DNA of 64,000 bases, taken from NCBI RefSeq assembly GCF_006345805.1, contig NC_043006.1, positions 99,820,001 through 99,884,000 on the forward strand, in the 5' to 3' direction. Under the pieces are notes generated by a model that was given only the letters and a program-made list of their open reading frames with translations, searched no databases and was not told the DNA's origin. Below are positions 54,751 through 64,000 of the stretch, one piece after another (the first letter of the stretch is position 1; every line of letters starts with the position of its first letter). The stretch is from Octopus sinensis (lineage: Eukaryota). Made by a program: the position numbers and the translations under genes.

Positions 54751-54962
54751 TGATTCGCTAGCTTCTGCACGCATTTTTTTTCTTTCCTTGTTTCTCTCCT
54801 TGTTTCTCTCCGTGTTTCTTTTCTGTGTATCTTTCTGTTGAAGAGCGTAGGCTCGAAACGTAAAATACTTGTTTTATTTATAGTCCTGAGCGGCATACTA
54901 ATGCAATTGTTTGTTTGTATTCCACCTGCCTTCGTCTTTTGTTTATTTTCATAAAGCTTCCC
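54751..54962 (+). mobile_element. Hammerhead-bearing short repeat (copy 3)
   Basis: cttt CTGTTGA A gagc-gtag-gctc GAAACG TA aaat at 54831-54866; flanks homologous to copies 1 and 2. Confidence 0.75.
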
Positions 54963-54967
54963 GTTAC

Positions 54968-55036
<69 letters not shown>

Positions 55037-55585
55037 ATATTATATATATATATATATTCTAATGTCAAACAGCAAGAATGTGAATTCAGCACCGCCTCGG
55101 TACATAAATATTTTTATTTGCTAGTTAATATGACTGACAGTGGATTGACTGAGAGCACGTATCTAACTCTGAACAAACATCAAGCCTGCAACAGTTGGAC
55201 GCTAGTAATCGTCTCCATCCTGGATGAGAATACACGATTCTACACCATTCAGTACGGTATTTGGTGATATCTGTATAAATACACACACTGGATGCAACTT
55301 GGAGGAAAAACCTAATTATTAACTTCCTTGACCCAGCCATGAACCTTTTGTAAGATGCGTTCACGAATGGATTGATTAACTTCATAATCATTTTATATGA
55401 GAACTCTTCTGCCGGTCATATTCATAAATATAAATACACATGTGTTTGAACATCCAAATCACTACAAAATGTGCAAATACACATGTATACACGCACAAAT
55501 GCACACTCATATACGAACAGGATCTTTGGGATGTGTTTCTAATGTTATTCTTATTGTGGTTGAACATGATCAATAGTTCATTGGG

Positions 55586-55972
55586 TGGAGGCGCAATGGC
55601 CCAGTGGTTAGGGCAGCGAACTCGCGGTCATAGGATCGCGGTTTCGATTCCCAGACCGGGCGTTGTGAGTGTTTATTGAGCGAAAACACCTAAAGCTCCA
55701 CGCAGCTCCGGCAGGGGATGGTGGTGATCCCTGCTGTACTCTTTCACCACAACGTTCTCTCACTCTTACTTCCTGTTTCTGTTGTACCTGTATTTCAAAG
55801 GGCCGGCCTTGTTACTCTCTGTGTCACGCTGTATATCCCCGATAACTACGTTAAGGGTACACGTGTCTGTGGAGTGCTCAGTCACTTACACGTTAATTTC
55901 ACGAGCAGGCTGTTCCGTTGATTCGGATCAACCGGAACCCTCGTCGTCGTAACCGACGGAGTGAGTGCTTCC
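55586..55972 (+). mobile_element. tRNA-derived SINE (family B head, long tail) with 11-bp TSD
   Basis: A box tggcccagtgg and B-box-like ggtttcgattcc. agttcattggg occurs at 55575-55585 and 55973-55983. Confidence 0.88.
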
Positions 55973-56010
55973 AGTTCATTGGGGAGGAGTTATCGGTAAC
56001 TTCGACCGTA

Positions 56011-56242
56011 AGGTGGAGAGCTGGCAGAAACGTTAGCACGCCGGGCGAAATGCTTAGCGATATTTCGTCTGCCGTTATGTTCTGAGTTCAAATTCCGCCG
56101 AGGTCGACTTTGCCTTTCATCCTTTCGGGGTCGATAAATTAAGTACCAGTTACGCACTGGGGTCGATGTAATCGACTTAATACCTATGTCTGTCCTTGTT
56201 TGTCCTATCTATGTTTAGCCCCTTTTGGGTAATAAAGAAATA
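56011..56242 (+). mobile_element. SINE family C with 16-bp TSD
   Basis: gagctggcagaaacgttag head with B-box-like gagttcaaattcc. ggtaacttcgaccgta occurs at 55995-56010 and 56243-56258. Confidence 0.9.
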
Positions 56243-57359
56243 GGTAACTTCGACCGTATTTCTATTGCAGATCTTCTGGTATTCATGTGAGTGAGTGAAG
56301 TGGTTATGTTTATGTTGTATAAATTTTCTAGCTTTCTGTGTGGCCACATTGAAATAATATATGCGATTGCACCATGAATCTCTCTTGATGATTGTACCAT
56401 AAATACGTCTTATTATGCATGCATTTCTTTCAATATAAGTTACATGAGTCTTTAACTTGAAGCTTGCTGTGCTATAAGACAGCTTTTCTGTGTGCGTATT
56501 TCTCAGAAAGGATTGCCTGTATGTCGGTTTGGCGATTTAATATATTATGTAATAGGTTTCTCACTTTGAATAAAATATAATTCTAACGTAGCCTTCTTGG
56601 TTATTTATATCGAAAATCAATGCAGCATGTAGGCCTCAAAATTAGAGCAATTTGTTATTGGTTGCCCAATAAAGCAAAATGAATAACAATTTTATCATCA
56701 TAAACATGTTTAAGCTTTCAAGTGAATGTGGAGTAATTCTTTTGTGATATATTTCGAAGCACACACTTAACGTTATAGATAATAACATGTATATATAGGG
56801 TTGGAAAAACCTTCCAGATACAAAGGCTGCGTAGAACTCGCAACCATATCTCTTGCCTTTGTATATACCTGCTTCTTTTTAAACATGCAAATCATCGCAA
56901 GCAAATGGCAGGCATAACAGATTTTCTAGTTACATCCATACAATCTCAGTGACCATGTAAAAGGTCATACATAACAGTAACAATCATCCTAACTAGGACT
57001 GCAACTTTATGTTGGCAAACGATCTTTACTTTGAAATACTGTTACTGAAAGACTCTCGTTCAGAGGTTTAGAAATAATAATTTTCTGTTTATCAGGTCAG
57101 TGGCTGTGTGTCACTTACAAAAGTATATATTTCGGACAACAGTTTAGTGTCGCCATCTCTAGCCGAGCAGTTATTCTGTGGTTATGAAAGGTAGTAACTC
57201 AGGAAGAGTTGGAGTGAGGACGCTAAACTCCCTAGTTCTAAAATATGGCATAAGTAGTGTGTCGTATAGTTAGCTCCAGACGATGTTTCATGGGGCTAAA
57301 TCACAGTAACAATCGTCCTAAGAAGGACTGCCACCCTATGTTGGCAAGTAATCTTTACG

Positions 57360-57415
<56 letters not shown>

Positions 57416-57678
57416 GCTATATATATATATATATATATAAATTATATATATATATAAATATATATATAAATTATATATATATATATATATAAATATACAT
57501 AAATACATAATTGTGGACATGTTTGTGTATGTGTGTATACGTGTATATATGTGTGTTTTGTGTTTAACAACCAGTTTATATAATATTTATATAAATGCAT
57601 GCCTGTAAATGCATGAGTGCATTATGTATATGCACCGACACATAAATTTACGTATGTATGCATCTTGATATTTACGGC

Positions 57679-57922
<244 letters not shown>

Positions 57923-58435
57923 CACACATATATAAATAACTAGACATTTATATACATACACACATGCGTGTACAAGTAAGCCACGATAGTATTCATCTCT
58001 TTCAGTAGTTGCATATATTCAAATGTGTGTTTTATCGCGTTTTGATGTATTTAGATATTTTACTGCCATTATATCTTTTTCCTTTTCAACCCGAACTATT
58101 TTACGTATGTATTCTAGTCTCAGTGTAAGCTTTGTATGAGTTGATGTGTGCTTCCATAGGTGTTTTCGGCTATGATATATATGCGTGTGTGTTTAGATAT
58201 GCTTTTGAAGCCATGTGATCTTATTCTACACTTGAGTGTGTGTATCTTGTCCGTGTTTTTCTGTTTATATATGTATTTGGAAAAATGGTCTGCCTCTCGT
58301 GTGCGCTTCTATGTGTTTGAGTGTGTGTGTCTGTGTATGTGTGTATGTGTGTGTGTGTGCATGTGTGCATGTATATTTTATACGTCACTTTCTGTGTGGC
58401 TGTAAGTATATATACATACATACACATATATATGT

Positions 58436-58488
<53 letters not shown>

Positions 58489-58590
58489 AACACAAAGATA
58501 GTATTTATTCAATATTTTTCATGTATCCATCTCTCTCTCTCTATCTATCTATCTATTTGTCTCTCTCTCTCCTTATATATACATACATGC

Positions 58591-58662
<72 letters not shown>

Positions 58663-58663
58663 C

Positions 58664-58719
<56 letters not shown>

Positions 58720-59423
58720 AATATTTAATACATATGAGTGCGTGTGTCCAAATGATGTATTTATTTATGTGTCTTTATGTGTCTATTATTAGGAAGGAAT
58801 ATATAACTCTGCTTATTTTTCTGTATTTGTCATAACACGGAGTTATTGTTTACTAAGTTCTTTTATGCTTAGTGTTTAATAAAAAGAAGTTCATTTGAAA
58901 GAAATCTATGGGTTCCTAAAAAAAATAACCTCCATCTTCTTTCAAGTCTTTTTGTTATCTTAATATTTTTCCTGTAGAATTTTACACCTTACGTATATTA
59001 AATAATGTCTTGAGCTAAACGAAAAGACTGAATGTAACAAAAGGCATAGATCAGAAAAAAATTCCACATTTCTTTTATTTAGCTTGTCAATATATTGTTC
59101 AATTTATTAAGTTAAAATTTACACGCTGTTCTTTTGGCTCATTTTTCTTATATTTTCGAACAAAATATTGCACAAAGCCGTTTCTTTCCTCTAGGCTCGT
59201 TGAAGAAGATAATAGAAGCATATTCAGTCGTATGTTTTATGGGGGGAAAATTTATAAAGAAAATAAGATCCATACGTCCAGACATACACACGCGGCTGTG
59301 TATATATGTCTGTATGTGTGTGTGTATGTGTTTGCAAGTGTGTGTATACATATATGATAAGCTAATAAACATACAAATATGTGAGTAACGAAGAGTATGT
59401 AATTGGTGCATATATTAACTTAC

Positions 59424-59473
<50 letters not shown>

Positions 59474-59549
59474 ATCTGTATATATATGTGTGTATGTATA
59501 TATTTGTGTATGTATGTATTTACTTATATATGTTTATATATATGTGTGT

Positions 59550-59620
<71 letters not shown>

Positions 59621-59789
59621 CGTGCAAATCTGTGTGTGTGTGTGTTTGTCTGTGTGTGCATCAATATACATACGTGCGTGCGCATACATTTATCTGAGTA
59701 GTTAATCCTGATCTATGAAAATGGTTTGCATATTACAGTAGCATACAAAAGATGTTCCTGCTTGACATCCAGCTTTGAGTTTGTTGTAC

Positions 59790-60077
59790 TTTGGTATCAT
59801 TCATTTCACTGCGACCATACTGTAGCACCAGCTTAAAGTGTTTTAGCCAAAGAAATCGATCCCAGGACTCATTCTTTGTAAGCCTACCAAGTATCCGTTT
59901 GTTTCGTTTCCCCCAAGGTCACTGGAACTTAAACACACACACACATAGACACACACACATACACACACACACCAATAGCTGAGACTATAGTAAAAAAAAC
60001 ACATGCTCCAGGAACCACGCAGTGGAACTGAACTCGGAACCATATGGTTGGGAAGTAAGCTTCTTACCAAACAACCG
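59790..60077 (-). mobile_element. Degenerate SINE family A
   Basis: Reverse-complement matches to the head and tail of family A. Confidence 0.65.
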
Positions 60078-60498
60078 CTGTTTAAAATTTATTTATTTAT
60101 ACGTATGAAACACTGTGTGAGCGCACGAGTATGGGTGTGCATGTTATTTCTTGTATTTGTGGTAATGCTCGTGTGCAGATAATATTAATGTCTAAGCAAA
60201 CATTAACATCCATCTATTTATTCAAGTTGCTTTATGCTTCATTTAACGCGTTAATATATATTTAGTAATAAACTCTCGAAGCTAACAGGTTCAGAGGAGG
60301 GATTAATTGCTCAACTGGTACTTTTTTATCGATCACGATAGAATGAAAAGCAATATTGTTCAGGAAAAGTATTCAATTGACATGGTTAAATCCTCGGATG
60401 TCTATGCATCAAATAACCAAATTTTATTTAATAAAACATGTACATACGCAATGAAGCCCTCACGCTTATCTTTAAGAGAAGCAGATATCTTTAAGAGA

Positions 60499-60906
60499 GG
60501 CGCAGGAGTGGCTGTGTGGTAAGTAGCTTGCTAACCAACCACAATGTTCCGGGTTCAGTCCCACTGCGTGGCATCTTGGGCAAGTGTCTTCTGCTATAGC
60601 CCCGGGCCGACCAATGCCTCGTGAGTGATTTGGTAGACGGAAACTGAAAGAAGCCTGTCGTATATATGTATATATATATATATGTGTGTGTGTGTCTGTG
60701 TTTGTCCCCCTAGCATTGCTTGACAACCAATGCTGGTGTGTTTACGTCCCCGTCACTTAGCGTTTCGGCAAAAGAGACCGATAGAATAAGTACAGGGCTT
60801 ACAAAGAATAAGTCCTGGGGTCGATTAGCTTGACTAAAGGCGGTGCTCCAGCATGGCCGCAGTCAAATGACTGAAACAAGTAAAAGAGTAAAAGAGTAAA
60901 AGAGTA
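60499..60906 (+). mobile_element. tRNA-derived SINE family A
   Basis: Near-identical to 44149-44550; (gtaaaaga)3 tail. Confidence 0.9.
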
Positions 60907-61379
60907 TATTATTATAGCTGCTAGAAATTAGAAAGACCAGATAAGTTGGACGTTAATATAGACTCCACTCCGCTAACATTTTTAGTGGGAATTTATAATT
61001 TAAAATCTACTAATAACGAATTTCTTGAAATGGTGGGAGGAATACATAAGGACGACGCTCTACTAACTGTATATGAATATGATAATGCAAATTTGGAAAA
61101 CTCCCGGAGAAAATTCTAAGTTTAGGTCTATGTATTTCCATTGAAAAGTAACATAGTAAGATTACTCTTCGAGATCTTAATTTGGAGTCGGTTACAGAAG
61201 TATACAAGAAATAATGCAAACGCAATAAATACCTTCAGTACATAAGGAAATGTTGAAACCATCCTAAAAATATTACTACTCCTATCGTTAAAAATATTTT
61301 ATTCATTTATTGGATTATCTTCTAACGAGAACCTATTCAAACGAAGTACAGGAATAATGTAAAATGCTAAAATAATGCG

Positions 61380-62626
61380 TTGGCTGAAGATGGATATCAG
61401 GATAACATATTTTATATCTCTAAACATGAAATTAAAGTCCGTCCATCAATATACTCTCGGCTGTATTGTATCCATATCCAAGAAGGTACATTTAATATTC
61501 CCAGAGTTGTTGCCCTTCTTCCAGGTAAGACAAAGGAAACATGTTCACCTATTTACATAATTGTTGCAACTCAAACAGCAACTTAATTCAAATTCTTGGT
61601 TGAGAGTCTGCGAAATTGGAGCTCAAAGGGATTTTGTAGAAATGCTTCCGGTAGTAACAATAAGCCCATGTCTCTTTCATTTACCTAAGTCTATTTTTAG
61701 GAAAACCTGTGACCTAGAATTAAGACGACAATATAAGAAGCTGAAGTATTCAATTTGAAAATGGATGCTTTTCCATATTATCATTTCTTCCATTTATTTA
61801 CGTTGTCGACGAATTTATTGACTTGTCCTCTGGCTGTGATTTGCCGTCAGAATTTACCGTCTATTTTGAAATGACATACATTGGCCAAGCAGGAGACTGG
61901 AGATGGATACGGATGGAACCATTTTTCCAGTCGTGTCTTGGAATGATTGAGAAAGGGTTAGAAGTCAGTTGCCTAGATCTAATAAGAGATTAGCAGTATT
62001 GCACAATGTTTGGCACTATTCTTTACCGTGTCAGCACCCCTCTATTTGGAAAGTGATTGAGACACTGAAAATGGAGGAGGCTTTTTTGCCTTAAAGAAAA
62101 AAAAGGGACTTCCAAAGAGGAATTCTAGTACGGCAAAAAAATACTGCAATTAAAAGCATCATGGCGTCATTAGATAAGTATACTCCCGAAAACAACAATT
62201 TTATTCAAAGAAATAGCTCAGCACATTCGCAGTTTTTGATTTATTTGTGAAGCTACAATAATTTTTAAATCTTGGAATATTTTACAATTGTTAATCTGTT
62301 TTCGTTTCTTAAGCAAAAATATACTTATCAATTATAAGCTCTTTTATTGATTTCATTCCTTTTTTAAATATTAATTATTAGCTTCTCTCTTGTTTATAAA
62401 TCATTAAATGAGTTTATTTACAATCAGCTTTCATAATCAACTGAACCAAATACACAAAAAATCCACCTGAAAAATGACAAATGAAATTTCAAAATAATTT
62501 AGCGACACAACTGTCCCGGGATGCATTTGTTTAGGGACGCCATTGTCAGAGGGTGCAACTGGTATGCATTGTCTGGCACGCATTTGTCCGGGACGCAAAT
62601 GTCCAAGTCGGAACTGTCCTAGAGTC
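61380..62626 (+). mobile_element. Fossil MULE (Mutator-like) transposon with 3' terminal repeat
   Basis: RLYCIH...IPRVVALLPGKTKET, CEIGAQ...PCLFHL.KSIFRK (MULE CxFH motif), YFEMTYIG, WH...QHPSIWKVIETLK.E. Repeated gggacgc..ttgtc motifs at ~62500-62626. Confidence 0.8.
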
Positions 62627-62649
62627 ATACATACAAACATACATACATA

Positions 62650-62832
62650 ATATATACATATATATATTTATATATGTATATATATACATATATATACATA
62701 TATATATATATGTATATATATATGTATGCAAATGTATATGTATATATATATACGTATATATATATATATATATATGTATATACATATATTTATATATATA
62801 TACATATATATATATATGTATATATATATATA

Positions 62833-62865
<33 letters not shown>

Positions 62866-62871
62866 TATATC

Positions 62872-62902
<31 letters not shown>

Positions 62903-62905
62903 ATA

Positions 62906-62972
<67 letters not shown>

Positions 62973-63003
62973 ATACATATATATGTGTGTGTGTGTGTGT
63001 GTG
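62650..63003. repeat. (TA)n/(TG)n microsatellite
   Basis: Direct reading. Confidence 0.95.
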
Positions 63004-63005
63004 TG

Positions 63006-63125
63006 ACAAGCTTTCTTTTCCTACCAAATCCACACACAAGGCATTGGTCGACTCGGAGCTATAGTATAAGATGCTTTCAGAAGATGCCAGGCAATGGGAC
63101 TGAACCTTTGATTTATGTGGTTTGG
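63006..63125 (-). mobile_element. Partial SINE family A head
   Basis: ctaccaaatccacacacaaggcattggtcg...gggactgaacc matches the family A reverse complement. Confidence 0.65.
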
Positions 63126-64000
63126 AAGTAGACACCTCACGTCTCAGCCTCGCCTGTAAACCAATGGACTTAGATTTTGAATTCATAGCAGTCCCATGAT
63201 ATTTTTAGTAATTCATCAATTGATTTAGGCGACATTAGTCCGTTAGCGAAGATCAAGTCATAGACTCAGTCAACAATGCGGTGCACACTTCGTATCAAAA
63301 TCGGGGCTCTAATAATTGCTACACCGCCTTTTAAGTGCCATTTTTATCGGTCGTTTGACAACCAATATTTTCGTGGATTTCCTAATGCACTGTATGACGA
63401 GTATTTTCATTGCAGTTCACAGTCCAACATTTAAATACTCTACATTTACCTTTAGAAAGCCAAAACAAGATTAAAGTTAGCACTTATATTTCCATTTCTC
63501 GCCATGAAATTCTCTTCCAGCATCACTGGCAAAAAATACGACCAGGCTTTGAGGAAAGGTTTAATTCACAAAAAGATACAGCATTCTATTCTACATACCT
63601 ATATTACAAAATATACGTCAGTAGACCAAAAACAGTTTCTTTTGTAAACTGAAAGAATATTAAGATTCCTACTTTGTAAATAACAATGTGGTGTATTTCT
63701 CCAAATGTAGTAATTATATAAACATTGATATATGCGCCATAAAATGTCATACTGTATACAAATCTATGAGATGTTATATTACCTATCTTTCTTCATTCTA
63801 TGCTTTTACCACTGAGACTAAATATAAAATGTAATATAGATGTTTAAAGACTAAATTTCTCTTCCTAATATCTCTGCTTTCTGTTAAATAGACGTATATC
63901 GTTTTACAAATTATGTAACTAGAAAATTAAAAATGACAGATGTAAGTTTCTTTTGCATAAAGAAATTGTATCCGTCCTCAATTATTTACCTTTGCAAGTA

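Overview
AT-rich eukaryotic DNA with no confident host protein-coding gene. It is dominated by microsatellites and transposon-derived sequence. The repeat repertoire suggests an octopus/cephalopod genome, which is my inference from recalled repeat families. Main elements: (1) a Penelope-like retroelement (RT + GIY-YIG, frameshifted) bracketed by ~658-bp near-identical inverted termini (30400-36256); (2) a near full-length R4/Dong-type RLE LINE inside a (TAA)n tract (39351-43177), plus 5'-truncated relatives at the left end; (3) many tRNA-derived SINEs, two with clear target-site duplications; (4) fossils of mariner, piggyBac, pogo/Tigger and MULE DNA transposons; (5) a 534-bp foldback palindrome. 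The least explained signal is a set of minimal, PLE-type hammerhead-ribozyme-like motifs from at least four distinct sequence families. These include a three-copy ~200-bp family sharing a U at core position 6 instead of the canonical A, and a motif that may be the tail of a tRNA-headed SINE split by the Dong insertion. Almost all other ORFs in the supplied track are microsatellite artefacts.
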